Made by a program: the position numbers and the translations under genes. A stretch of 64,000 nt of DNA from positions 2,429,449-2,493,448 of the forward strand of contig OZ252093.1 in assembly GCA_965248175.1 (NCBI GenBank), given 5' to 3'. This DNA comes from Rhodothermales bacterium. Its GTDB lineage: Bacteria; Bacteroidota; Rhodothermia; Rhodothermales; VXPQ01. This document shows, piece after piece, positions 10,191 to 19,958 of this stretch (position 1 is its first letter; each line of letters begins with the position of its first letter). The notes below the pieces were generated by a model. That model was given only the letters and a program-made list of their open reading frames with translations. It was not told where the DNA came from and did no database searches.

Positions 10191-10268
10191 TTGCCCAGCG
10201 GCGCGTACGTCTACCGGTTGCAGGCGCAAGACAAAATCATGGTGCAAATCATGATGCTCGTCAAGTGA
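10191..10268 (+). pseudogene. orphan 3' tail (last 25 codons + stop) of an S8 protease/T9SS sorting domain
   Basis: ttgcccagcggcgcgtacgtctaccggttgcaggcgcaagacaaaatcatggtgcaaatcatgatgctcgtcaagtga is near-identical to 12386-12463. It reads LPSGAYVYRLQAQDKIMVQIMMLVK* with no upstream ORF. Confidence 0.8.
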
Positions 10269-10292
10269 ACCGGCAGCGTTCTAAAATCTCCG

Positions 10293-10328
10293 TATCTTTA
10301 GCATATTCCCTATCTTTAGCATATTCCC
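10293..10328. repeat. 18-bp perfect tandem duplication (tatctttagcatattccc x2) upstream of protease copy 1
   Basis: 10293-10310 equals 10311-10328. Each unit carries TATCTTTA, close to the Bacteroidetes -7 box TAnnTTTG. Confidence 0.9.
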
Positions 10329-10390
10329 TGGTCTGGAAAATAGCATGGTGACAGGGCATCCGGCATCAGCCGTTCAATGCACATCTCGTC

Positions 10391-12463
10391 ATGAAACATA
10401 TTTGCCCGCTTTCTCCAACCCCCTTGTGGCTGTTTTTGTTGATCCTCGGGGTCTTCGGTGCAGAGCAGGTTTCAGGACAGGCGCCGCAGCAGTCTTTTAC
10501 TCATGCCGCTGCGCCGGATCGGGCTGATCCCTCGGCGGAATCCGTAGCCTACTGGATCTTTCTGGATGGGAAACCGGATGCGCCTCCGGTCGAAATAAAC
10601 GCGCGGGCCCGGGCGCGCCGAGTGCGCCGCGGCCAGCCGTATGCCGCCGAGCTGGACAAAAGCGTCTCCCCAACATACATCCGTATACTCGAAGGGCTGG
10701 GAGTGCAAATCCGGGCGGAAAGCCGCTGGCTCAATGCGGTGAGCGCGGAGTTGACGCAGGAATTGCTCGCCCGGATCCGAGAAATGGATTTTGTGCGGGA
10801 CATACGCCCGCTGGTGCGGCGTACCGCTACGTTTCCGGAACCGGTTCCGGGGACGGCGCCTGTGTCAAAGACGGCAGACCATCACTACGGCTCTTCCCGA
10901 ACGCAGCTTGCCTTGATGAACGCGATCGAACCGCTTGAGCGAGGCATCAATGGCAAAGGGGTACGTATCGGGTTTCTCGACTCGCCGTTCTCCGAATTCA
11001 ACCATACGGCATTCGATTCCCTGAAAAGCGATAACCGCCTCATTGCCATAAGGAATTTTACGGGGCAAACGGACGATACCAACACGCACGGCATGCGGGT
11101 AGCTTCCGTGGCCGTAGGGTATCAGGAAGGGCAGTTGATAGGCCCGGCGCATGAAGCCGAAGTGCTTGCAGCTATCACGGAATATGTGCCCACGGAGACA
11201 AATCGGGAGGAGGACAATCTCGTCGCCGGCCTCGAGTGGCTGGAGAGCGAGGGGGCGGATGTTGTCAATATCTCCCTCGGTTATACGGAGTTCGACGATG
11301 GACAAAATGACTACGCCGTGAGTGATCTCGACGGCGACACGAGGATCACGACGATCGCCGTGGATCAGGCGGCGGCGCTCGGCGTGGTCGTGGTAACGAG
11401 CGCGGGAAACTCGGGTTGTTCGAGTCCGGCCCTTTGCTGGTACTATATCTCCACGCCCGCCGATGCGGATTCTGTGATTGCGGTAGGAGGCGTTGAGCCC
11501 GATTCATCCCGCTATTCTTCCGGTTCGTTCGGTCCCACGGCCGACGGCCGCATCAAACCGGACGTTTCCGCCATGGGCACCGCTGTATACACTGCCCACT
11601 CTACCAACCAGTTTTCCTACAGGCGCGGCACATCGTACTCCGGCCCGCTCGTAGCGGCGGTCGCCGCGCAAATATTACAGGTCAATCCGGGGCTTTCCCC
11701 AATAGATGTGCGCGACATTTTGCGCATGACGGCCCATCAATCGGCAGCTCCGGACAACTCGCTGGGCTGGGGCATCGTAAACGCCGATGCGGCGGTCAAG
11801 ATGGCGGAAAGTTTGATCAATCCGCCGCCTCCGCCTCCTCCGCCACCACCACCGCCTCCGCCGAGCACGATTGCGGATGCCCCGGAGAATCTACAGGCCT
11901 TTGCGGGGAATGCACAGGTGATATTCAGTTGGAATGCGCCGAGCAACGACGGCGGAGCAGACATCACCGGCTACGCCTACCGGTACAAAGAAAGCGGCGG
12001 AGACTTGACTGCCTATACGGACATTCCCGAAAGCGGCCCTGGTGAAGCAAACGCCCGCAGCTATACGGTCACAGGGCTCACGAACGGACTCGAGTATGTC
12101 TTCCATGTGCAGGCAGTGAACGAGCATGGCGGGGGGCTGCCCGAAGAGGTGACGGTGACACTGCCCAGCAGAGTGAACACAGAAAGCGAGGAGCTACCGA
12201 CCGAGGTGGTGCTTTGGGGCAACTATCCGAACCCGTTCAATCCGGAGACCACCATACGGTATGCATTGCCGCAGGCAGGCAACGTACGTCTTGCGGTGTA
12301 CGACCTGCTTGGTCACGAAGTGGCGGTGCTCGTCGACGAACCGAAACCCGCAGGCCATCATGCGACGCGCTTCGATGCAGGCGATCTGCCCAGCGGTGCG
12401 TACGTCTACCGGTTGCAGGCGCAAGACAAAATCATGGTGCAAATCATGATGCTCGTCAAGTGA
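10391..12463 (+). CDS. secreted S8 (subtilisin-like) serine peptidase with poly-Pro linker, FN3 domain and T9SS C-terminal sorting domain
   Basis: Signal peptide; triad contexts GFLDSPF (Asp), THGMRVASVAVG (His), GTSYSGPLVAAVAAQ (Ser) and SAGNSG. Then a PPPPPPPPPPPPPPP tract, an FN3-like block (NLQAFAGNAQVIFSWNAPSNDGGADITGY...) and a C-terminal NYPNPFNPETTIRY...YVYRLQA sorting domain. Confidence 0.93.
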   Translation: MKHICPLSPTPLWLFLLILGVFGAEQVSGQAPQQSFTHAAAPDRADPSAESVAYWIFLDGKPDAPPVEINARARARRVRRGQPYAAELDKSVSPTYIRILEGLGVQIRAESRWLNAVSAELTQELLARIREMDFVRDIRPLVRRTATFPEPVPGTAPVSKTADHHYGSSRTQLALMNAIEPLERGINGKGVRIGFLDSPFSEFNHTAFDSLKSDNRLIAIRNFTGQTDDTNTHGMRVASVAVGYQEGQLIGPAHEAEVLAAITEYVPTETNREEDNLVAGLEWLESEGADVVNISLGYTEFDDGQNDYAVSDLDGDTRITTIAVDQAAALGVVVVTSAGNSGCSSPALCWYYISTPADADSVIAVGGVEPDSSRYSSGSFGPTADGRIKPDVSAMGTAVYTAHSTNQFSYRRGTSYSGPLVAAVAAQILQVNPGLSPIDVRDILRMTAHQSAAPDNSLGWGIVNADAAVKMAESLINPPPPPPPPPPPPPPSTIADAPENLQAFAGNAQVIFSWNAPSNDGGADITGYAYRYKESGGDLTAYTDIPESGPGEANARSYTVTGLTNGLEYVFHVQAVNEHGGGLPEEVTVTLPSRVNTESEELPTEVVLWGNYPNPFNPETTIRYALPQAGNVRLAVYDLLGHEVAVLVDEPKPAGHHATRFDAGDLPSGAYVYRLQAQDKIMVQIMMLVK

Positions 12464-12490
12464 ACCTCACATCCTTCCTTACCCATATCC

Positions 12491-13555
12491 ATGAAACGTT
12501 TCTTGTTCCACCGGAAACAGCCTGGAGCGTGTCTTGTGCGCACCGTACTGACTGTCGTCGTCGCTGCCGCTCTTTCCGTTCCCGTACTCGCCCAGAATGC
12601 TCAGCAGCAGCGCTCCACTGCCGAGCGGATGGCCGGCGCTGCAAATCGATTCATCGACACGCTGGATACCGATCAGCGAGCCATGGCCGTGCTGCCGTTC
12701 GACGACGAGGAACGGTACAATTTTCATTTCGTCCCCATCGAACGCAACGGACTACCTCTCAAGCAAATGACTCAGGAACAACGCAGCGCTGCGCACGACT
12801 TGCTGCGAAGCGCCCTGAGCTCGCAGGGGTACCTGAAGGCTACCAGCGTCATACAACTGGAGCGTGTGCTCGAAATCCTTGAGCGCAGCGCCCACCGCGA
12901 CCGTGAATTATACTTTGTGACCGTGTTCGGCGAACCCGGCGGAGACGCCCCCTGGGGCTGGCGGTTCGAGGGACACCACCTGTCGCTCAATTACACATCC
13001 GCCATGGGCATCACCGTCACCACACCCGCCTTCTTCGGAGCCAATCCGGGCGAAGTGCGCTCCGGTCCCGGCGCCGGCCTTCGCGTGTTGGCCGCCGAAG
13101 AAGACCTGGGCAGGCAGTTGATACGCATGCTCCCCCCCGATCGGCGCGAACGTGCCATCATTGCCTCTACGGCGCCTTTCGAAATCATCACAGGCGCCGA
13201 CCGGGAAGCGCGTCTGGAACGGTTTGAAGGGCTTCCCGTTGCTGATATGACAGAAGCCGAACGCAGCGTCCTGAAGCAGCTTATCCTTGAATACCTTCGC
13301 AACATGCCGGAGGACGTGGCCGGGCAACGATTTGCAAAGATCCAGGAGGAGTTCGACGCCCTGTGGTTCGCCTGGGCAGGTCCGCTCGAACCCGGCGCGG
13401 GCCACTACTATCGCATTCACGGCCCGGCAGTGCTTTTCGAATACGACAATACGCAGAACAGGGCAAACCATGTGCACAGCATCTGGCGGGATCTCGAAAA
13501 CGATTTCGGCGGAGACCTCCTGCGGCGGCACTACGACGAGCGCACCCACGACTGA
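12491..13555 (+). CDS. DUF3500 domain-containing secreted protein
   Basis: Signal peptide; blocks WGWRFEGHHLSLNY, FFGANP and HYYRIHGPAVLFEYDNTQNRANHVHSIWRD are characteristic of DUF3500. Confidence 0.8.
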   Translation: MKRFLFHRKQPGACLVRTVLTVVVAAALSVPVLAQNAQQQRSTAERMAGAANRFIDTLDTDQRAMAVLPFDDEERYNFHFVPIERNGLPLKQMTQEQRSAAHDLLRSALSSQGYLKATSVIQLERVLEILERSAHRDRELYFVTVFGEPGGDAPWGWRFEGHHLSLNYTSAMGITVTTPAFFGANPGEVRSGPGAGLRVLAAEEDLGRQLIRMLPPDRRERAIIASTAPFEIITGADREARLERFEGLPVADMTEAERSVLKQLILEYLRNMPEDVAGQRFAKIQEEFDALWFAWAGPLEPGAGHYYRIHGPAVLFEYDNTQNRANHVHSIWRDLENDFGGDLLRRHYDERTHD

Positions 13556-13679
13556 TGCGGCGTCTCGTATCTATATCTGCGAATTTCTTCCCCGCCCGAT
13601 CATGCCGTATCTTCAGTAGACACCCTGCTTCAGAGAATAGCATGGTGCAAAGGCATCGCCGTTCAACACACATCTTCTT

Positions 13680-15404
13680 ATGAAACCTGTTTGTAAGCTC
13701 TCCAACATCCCCTTGTGGTTGTTTCTCCTGATCTTAGGGGTCTTTGGCGCAGAGGAGGTTTCAGGGCAGGCGCCGCAGCAGTCTTCTACCCATACTGCTG
13801 CCCCGGATCGGGCTGACTCCTCGGCGGAGCCCGCTGGCTACTGGATCTTTCTGAACGGGAAACCGGATGCGCCTCCGGTCGAAATAAACGAACGGGCTCG
13901 GGCGCGCCGGGCGCGCCGCGGTCAGCCGTATGCCGCCGAACTGGACAGAAGCGTCTCTCCGACATACATCCGTACACTCGAAGAACTCGGAGTGCAAGTC
14001 CGGGCGGAAAGCCGCTGGCTCAATGCGGTGAGCGCAGCGTTGACGGAGGAGTTGCTTGCCCAGGTCCGGGAGATGGATTTTGTGCGGGACGTACGCCCGC
14101 TGGCTCGGCGCACCACCACGTTTCCGGAACCGGTTTCGGGGACGGCGCCTGTGTCGAAAACAGCAGATAATCACTACGGCCCTTCCCGGACGCAGCTTGC
14201 CTTGATGAATGCGATCGCACCGCTCGAGCGAGGTATCAATGGCAAGGGGGTTCGTATCGGGTTTCTCGACACGCCGTTCTCCGGTTTCAACCATTCGGCA
14301 TTCGATTCCCTGAAAAGCGATAACCGCCTCATCGCCATTAAAAATTTCACGGGAAGAACGGACGATGGCGAAACGCACGGAATGAACGTGGCTTCCGTAG
14401 CCGTAGGGTATCAGGAGGGCGAATTAATAGGCCCGGCGCATGCAGCCGAAGTGCTTGCAGCCATCACGGAGTATGACCCCACCGAGACGAATCAGGAGGA
14501 GGACAACCTCGTGGCCGGTATCGAGTGGCTGGAAAGCGAGGGAGCGGATGTGGTCAACATCTCCCTCGGTTATACGACATTCGATCCTGGACAAAATGAC
14601 TACGCCGTGAGCGATCTCGACGGCGATACGGGGATCACGACGATCGCCGTGGATCGGGCGGCGGCGCTCGGCGTGGTCGTGGTAACCAGCGCGGGCAACT
14701 CGGGTTGTTCGAGTCCGGCGCGTTGCTGGTATTATATCTCCACGCCCGCCGATGCGGATTCTGTAATCACAGTAGGGGCCGTTACCCGCGATTCGGCCCG
14801 CGCTTCGTTCAGTTCGTTCGGCCCCACGGCCGACGGGCGCACAAAGCCGGACGTTTCCGCCATGGGCGTCTTCGTTTATCTTGCCCGCCCCGGCGCTCGG
14901 TTCGGGTACGGGAACGGTACCTCGTTCTCCGGCCCGCTCGTAGCAGCGGTCGCCGCGCAAATGTTACAGGTCAATCCGGATCTTGCCCCGATGAATGTGC
15001 GCGACATTTTACGCATGACGGCCCATCAATCGACAGCTCCGGACAACTCGCTGGGCTGGGGCATCGTAAACGCCGACGCGGCGATCAAGATGGCGGAAAG
15101 CCTGATCGATCCACTGTCCTCGCCTGTCACAGAATTACCGACCGAGACAGCGCTTCTGGGTAACTATCCGAATCCGTTCAATCCGGAGACGACGATACGG
15201 TATGCGCTGCCGCAGGCCGGCAAGGTGCATCTTGCGATATACAACCTGCTCGGTCACGAAGTAGCGGTGCTCGTGGACGAACCGAAATCCGCAGGCAATT
15301 ATACAACGCGCTTCGATGCAGGCGATCTGCCCAGCGGCGCGTACATCTACCGGTTGCAGACGCAAGACAAGATCATGGCCAAAACCATGATACTCGTAAA
15401 GTGA
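13680..15404 (+). CDS. secreted S8 serine peptidase paralog (no poly-Pro/FN3) with T9SS sorting domain
   Basis: By eye roughly 80-90 percent identical to the 10391-12463 product through propeptide and catalytic domain (THGMNVASVAVG, GTSFSGPLVAAVAAQ). Goes directly into NYPNPFNPETTIRY...YIYRLQT. Confidence 0.93.
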   Translation: MKPVCKLSNIPLWLFLLILGVFGAEEVSGQAPQQSSTHTAAPDRADSSAEPAGYWIFLNGKPDAPPVEINERARARRARRGQPYAAELDRSVSPTYIRTLEELGVQVRAESRWLNAVSAALTEELLAQVREMDFVRDVRPLARRTTTFPEPVSGTAPVSKTADNHYGPSRTQLALMNAIAPLERGINGKGVRIGFLDTPFSGFNHSAFDSLKSDNRLIAIKNFTGRTDDGETHGMNVASVAVGYQEGELIGPAHAAEVLAAITEYDPTETNQEEDNLVAGIEWLESEGADVVNISLGYTTFDPGQNDYAVSDLDGDTGITTIAVDRAAALGVVVVTSAGNSGCSSPARCWYYISTPADADSVITVGAVTRDSARASFSSFGPTADGRTKPDVSAMGVFVYLARPGARFGYGNGTSFSGPLVAAVAAQMLQVNPDLAPMNVRDILRMTAHQSTAPDNSLGWGIVNADAAIKMAESLIDPLSSPVTELPTETALLGNYPNPFNPETTIRYALPQAGKVHLAIYNLLGHEVAVLVDEPKSAGNYTTRFDAGDLPSGAYIYRLQTQDKIMAKTMILVK

Positions 15405-15431
15405 ATCGCAAACAGGCGATCGCCCCGTATC

Positions 15432-16226
15432 TTATACCTGCGAATAGCCCGTCGGACGGAGCATGTAGCTGCTGATAGCCGACACGGTTTCGGCGTAATA
15501 CGGATCGGCGCTGAGCGTCCTCCAATCCGGATGGGCTATGAACTTCGCCCACGCCTCGTCTTTGGCAGCCATGTTCTCGAAAACAAGCATGTACGTCAGG
15601 TTCGGCAGCAGCTCCCCGGCGAGCGCCTCTCCGAAAAAGACGGGGTGCAGGCCTACTTCGCGGAAGATCGGAATCTCGCCGTTGTTGAACATCTCGATCT
15701 TGCGGATGCCCGCCTCGTCGCTGGGGCTTTCGTAGACGCGCAATTCGAACAGCCGCCCGCCTGAAGCAATCGGCGTCTCCATCACCGGCATATCGTCGAA
15801 CGCCTTGAAAAGCGAACTCTCGTACCGGGCATAGGACGGATCGGCCATGGAGCGCTTCAGGAAGCCCTCGCCGGCCTGCATGTACGCCTCGTCCTCCGCC
15901 AGGCGCCGGCGTACGGTCGTCGCCGACTCAAGGTCCGCATGGGGCAGAAGCACGTACACCGAAGGAGCATTCGGACCGTGCATGACCGTGAATACGCCTA
16001 CCGGCTCGACCCCGAGACGGTTCAGCGCGGGTATGGCCACATCTCCCCAGAAAGCATGGAAAGCGCCCTGCTGGGACACGTTGCGCAAACGGTACCGGCG
16101 CAGTTCGTAGTACTGCGACGAATGAGCGGTACTACGCGTTATGGCGCCGAGAGCGGTATGCGGCGCCACAAGAGGCGCGAGAGCCGCCGGAACGGCAGAG
16201 GCGAGCAAAGTACGTCTGTTTATCAT
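15432..16226 (-). CDS. NIPSNAP family protein with Tat-type signal
   Basis: MINRRTLLASAVPAALAPL twin-arginine leader, plus two NIPSNAP-like halves (YYELRRYRL..., LFELRVYES...). Confidence 0.7.
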   Translation of the reverse strand: MINRRTLLASAVPAALAPLVAPHTALGAITRSTAHSSQYYELRRYRLRNVSQQGAFHAFWGDVAIPALNRLGVEPVGVFTVMHGPNAPSVYVLLPHADLESATTVRRRLAEDEAYMQAGEGFLKRSMADPSYARYESSLFKAFDDMPVMETPIASGGRLFELRVYESPSDEAGIRKIEMFNNGEIPIFREVGLHPVFFGEALAGELLPNLTYMLVFENMAAKDEAWAKFIAHPDWRTLSADPYYAETVSAISSYMLRPTGYSQV

Positions 16227-16331
16227 CTTCAGGAATTGTTTTCGGGTCTTCTTTTACAGGGCGAACGACCGGCCCTAATATCAGAACCGGCCGCCCAGCG
16301 GCGTCACAGCGCCGCAGCAGCTGCTCCATGG

Positions 16332-17255
16332 CTACATGGAGACTTCAAAGGCAATAAGCTGGTTGGACATCATCACGGGCACATACAACATCTTTGTGTC
16401 GGCAACGAATTCCACATCGGCAGTGCCCTGCCCCGGAGTACGCAATAGGGTCAACCCCTCTCCTTCACGGAAATGCAGCAAGCGGCCGCCGCCCCAGTCC
16501 GACACGAACAGACCGCCCATGCCGTCCGGCTCCACCGCGTCCAGTGCGCCCTCCGGCTCGGTTCCATGCAGTGCGCGCACGCTCTGATCCGCAAACGAGA
16601 TCGCTTGCAGGTAGCGGCCCTGACCCGGCTCTTCCGCCGTGGAGTCGCTGGCGACGATGTACAGCTCGTCGCCTACTACATGCACCCCGTTCGGCACCAG
16701 CACATTGTCGTGCGCAAGCCAGACATCAAAGGAACCGTCCTGCAACGCATAGACCTTGCTGAAACGCGAATCGGATACGTAGACTGCGCCGTCCTCGCCC
16801 ACGGTCACATCGTTCAGGTAGACCTCATCCCCTTCCACAACATGCTCGGCCATAATCTCTCCGGAATCGAGATCGATTTCAAGGAGCGTGTTCTCGTCCG
16901 CCACATACAGGCGATCCCCGCCGAGCGCAATGCCCTTCGGGGCGGCCAGGTCGCTCACCCACATGGAATCTACTATCATACCATCCGGAGACACCTTGGC
17001 TATGTTGCCCGGCCCGTCAAAATTGATATTCGACACGTACAGCATGTCTCGAGCCGCATCGTAGACCACCGATTCGGGTCGATTAAGCCCCTCTTCGAGG
17101 AGCCATACTTCCGTGAGTACGACCGGTGCAGGCTGCTCCTCGGCAGGCATTCCATCATGGGCAGCCGACTGACACCCGATGACGAATACGGTCAACAGTA
17201 CAAAAGCGAGGGCGAAGGAAGCGCCCCGGGAAACGAAGTTTCTGTGCAATAACAT
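16332..17255 (-). CDS. beta-propeller lipoprotein (SMP-30/gluconolactonase/LRE-like or NHL-like)
   Basis: Start chosen at MLLHRNF... with lipobox VIGC. Repeated blade-like segments (LYVSN, LYVAD, VYVSD, LYIVAS, LFVSD). Confidence 0.6.
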   Translation of the reverse strand: MLLHRNFVSRGASFALAFVLLTVFVIGCQSAAHDGMPAEEQPAPVVLTEVWLLEEGLNRPESVVYDAARDMLYVSNINFDGPGNIAKVSPDGMIVDSMWVSDLAAPKGIALGGDRLYVADENTLLEIDLDSGEIMAEHVVEGDEVYLNDVTVGEDGAVYVSDSRFSKVYALQDGSFDVWLAHDNVLVPNGVHVVGDELYIVASDSTAEEPGQGRYLQAISFADQSVRALHGTEPEGALDAVEPDGMGGLFVSDWGGGRLLHFREGEGLTLLRTPGQGTADVEFVADTKMLYVPVMMSNQLIAFEVSM

Positions 17256-17428
17256 TTTATACGTCGCAAAGGCGACTGTTTTGTGGGAATGGGGTGGACA
17301 GGCAGAAAAACAAAGGCGAATACAACGCGCAGTAGCACGCTCGCGGAATCTCCGCAAACGCGCCACAGACACAAGACCGCAGCAAAAGATACGACAGGGA
17401 GAGGAATGCGGCTACATTGCGCGTCCGG

Positions 17429-18988
17429 TTACTTCGCCGCACCCTGCTGCGCTTCCAGATACCAGTCCGGTGTGCCGAACCAGTCGTGCATTTCCTGTTC
17501 GAATGGCGCCACTACGTACTCCGGTTCGGGATAGACGCCCCGGTCGCCCGTGTCGGCAATCCAGGCATCCAGTGCAGCCCGCATCGCGGTGAGCGCCGCC
17601 CGGTCCTCGGGATTCCCGGAATCCGCCAGGTTTTCGAGTTCGTGCGGATCCGCCTGCGTGTCGTACAACTCCTCGTACGGCGCCGGCTCCATCAGCCGGG
17701 CTGGTGCGCCGGTGAGAACCCCCTCCTCATACAGCCGGCGCATGAGAGGTTTCACGAGAAAGCACTTCTCCTTGTACCGGTTGAACGTCAGAAACCCGTC
17801 GCGGGGGTAATAATTCCGGATGTAGTGGTAGCGACCATCGCGCACCGATCGAAGGCGGGCCACCGTCTCGTCGATGCGGTCGCGGGCGCTGAAAGCGTAC
17901 GCACGCGCCGGGTCGGGTCGATCCCCCAGAAAGTTCAGGCTTTGCATACTGAGAGGGCGTTCGACGCCCGCCATCCAGAGCGTCGTGGCCGTCAGGTCGA
18001 GCAGGCTGACCACTCCGTCGTACACGCCGCCGGGGCTGTATTGGGGCGGGGCGGGAAAACGGTCCGGCCAGCGGACAATCATCGGCACATGGATACCCAC
18101 GTCCCATACCCAATGGATGCCGCGCGCTTCGAGACGCCCGTTGTCCCCGAAAAACACGATAATGGTATTGTCCGCCATCCCCTCTTCCTGCAACGCCTCG
18201 AGAATCCATCCCACCCGCACGTCCATTCCTGAAACCGAGTTGAGATACCGGGCCCATTCCTCGCGCACGACCGGATGATCCGGGTAATACGGGGGCGGAT
18301 TGACGTTCTCGGGGGTGGCAATCTGCGGGTGCCAGTCTTCTCCGACCCACGTCACGCGCTCCTTCTCCCCGGATTTGCGGTCGTAGATGTCGTACTCCGC
18401 CTCCGGCGTGTTGATCATGGCGAAGAACGGCTGGTTCGATTTCAGTTTCGACCAGTCGGAGGTGTCGTACAGGGGGCCTTCGTTCACAAAATTCAGGTCG
18501 AGCTTGCCGGTGCCGACCTCGCGATCTCCGATATGCGTAATGTTGGCCGTGTAATACCCCACGTCCGCAAGGCGATGGGTAAGCGGGCGGACCCCGTCCG
18601 GCAAACGATAGTCGTCGTCCCGGTGCGACCGCATATGGTGCATATCGGTCGTCGTCTGGTACATGCCCGTCATGAACGCGGAGCGGCTCGGCGCACACAC
18701 CGGCGAGGTCGAGTATACGTTCGTGAAGCGCAGCCCTTCACGCGCCAGACCGTCCAGATTGGGCGTGGCCACATTCTCCATTCCGTAGACGCCCAGATCG
18801 AGCGCCATATTCTCGCCCACGATCCAGAGGATGTTCGGGCGATCCGGTTGCAACGCGATGCGTTCGGCGCGGGCGGGGTTATGATATCCCGGCGCTGCTC
18901 CGGCGGCAAAGGCGCTCCCGGCGCAAAGAATGGCCGAAAACACTGCTACGCAAGCGGTTTTGGGGATTAATCTCAACAAGAATCTCAT
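17429..18988 (-). CDS. sulfatase (formylglycine-dependent arylsulfatase family)
   Basis: Signal peptide and the C-x-P-S-R motif in SPVCAPSRSAFMTGMY. 519 aa. Confidence 0.92.
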   Translation of the reverse strand: MRFLLRLIPKTACVAVFSAILCAGSAFAAGAAPGYHNPARAERIALQPDRPNILWIVGENMALDLGVYGMENVATPNLDGLAREGLRFTNVYSTSPVCAPSRSAFMTGMYQTTTDMHHMRSHRDDDYRLPDGVRPLTHRLADVGYYTANITHIGDREVGTGKLDLNFVNEGPLYDTSDWSKLKSNQPFFAMINTPEAEYDIYDRKSGEKERVTWVGEDWHPQIATPENVNPPPYYPDHPVVREEWARYLNSVSGMDVRVGWILEALQEEGMADNTIIVFFGDNGRLEARGIHWVWDVGIHVPMIVRWPDRFPAPPQYSPGGVYDGVVSLLDLTATTLWMAGVERPLSMQSLNFLGDRPDPARAYAFSARDRIDETVARLRSVRDGRYHYIRNYYPRDGFLTFNRYKEKCFLVKPLMRRLYEEGVLTGAPARLMEPAPYEELYDTQADPHELENLADSGNPEDRAALTAMRAALDAWIADTGDRGVYPEPEYVVAPFEQEMHDWFGTPDWYLEAQQGAAK

Positions 18989-19045
18989 GGTCGGACAACT
19001 TCTGGGACGGACGGCGACGTACAGGAACGGTTCATGCCTGCGCTA

Positions 19046-19945
19046 TTACCGGTGGAACACCTCGGACACGAAACGCAACACTTCCGGAAGCGATTCTCTC
19101 CAGTACGACCACGAATGGGCCCCGTCCCGAATCCGAAATTCGTGCGGAATCTCCCGGCGGCGCATTTCGATGTGTATCAGCGAATTTCCCTCGTAGAGAA
19201 AATCGTCGTCCCCGCAGTCGATGTACCAGCGCACGGCCTTGATATCGTCTTCGGGGAGCGCCTTGACCAGTTCGACAGCATTGTGCCGGGCTATCCAGGC
19301 CATGATCTCCTCGTCGGAAAACGTCCCGTCCTGGTCCCGCCACCGGTTGAAATCCTCCACGGTGGACGGCCCCACGTACGCGCTGAGCGGCGCCGATGAG
19401 GAGAACAGGTCGGGCCGGTGCATCGCATACATGAAACTGCCCCCGCCTCCCATGGACAGGCCCGCCACGGCGCGGAACTGCTTCTCCCCCTTGATCCGGT
19501 AGGTCGATTCCACGTACGGCATCAGCTCCTCGAAAAAGAAATCTTCGTACCGCCAGTCCCCGCCGGCAGTATTGAAATAGCCCCGGCGCCCCGTGTTGGC
19601 GTCCGGCATGACGATAACCATAGGGGTCGCCATGCCCTTGGCAAACGCCTTGTCGGCGATATGCCGCACCTCGCCGAACTGTATCCATCCGGTCTGGTCG
19701 TCTCCGGCTCCGTGGAGCAGATACAGCACGGGGTAGCTTCGCTCGGAAACGTCGTAATCCGGCGGCAGGTACACGGCGTACTTCCGCTCGCCGTCAAGAA
19801 TATCGCTGTGCATGGAGAGGTTGTCGTAGACCGTGCCGCGTTCGGCGCTCTGGGAAGAAGCGTCCTGGGAAAAGATAACCGGAAAAAGCGCCGCCGCGCA
19901 GCATAACGCCGCGTACGCGCTGGACCGTTTTAGAAAAAAAAGCAT
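19046..19945 (-). CDS. secreted alpha/beta hydrolase, putative esterase family
   Basis: Start reset to MLFFLKRSSAYAALCCAAALF (cat at 19943-19945). YPVLYLLHGAGDDQTGW and nucleophile elbow GLSMGG. Confidence 0.8.
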   Translation of the reverse strand: MLFFLKRSSAYAALCCAAALFPVIFSQDASSQSAERGTVYDNLSMHSDILDGERKYAVYLPPDYDVSERSYPVLYLLHGAGDDQTGWIQFGEVRHIADKAFAKGMATPMVIVMPDANTGRRGYFNTAGGDWRYEDFFFEELMPYVESTYRIKGEKQFRAVAGLSMGGGGSFMYAMHRPDLFSSSAPLSAYVGPSTVEDFNRWRDQDGTFSDEEIMAWIARHNAVELVKALPEDDIKAVRWYIDCGDDDFLYEGNSLIHIEMRRREIPHEFRIRDGAHSWSYWRESLPEVLRFVSEVFHR

Positions 19946-19958
19946 GGTAAAAACAGAA

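Noticed and set aside
10345-10527. 60-aa ORF starting in the conserved protease leader (atagcATGGTG...), considered as a regulatory uORF.
   Set aside because: In copy 2 the equivalent ATG gives only a 13-codon ORF in a different register, because of an 8-bp indel. The peptide is not conserved between the paralogs, so the leader similarity is best explained by recent duplication.
11822-11862. CCG/CCT-rich simple repeat.
   Set aside because: It encodes the 15-residue poly-proline linker of protease copy 1. It is a coding low-complexity tract, not a regulatory repeat.
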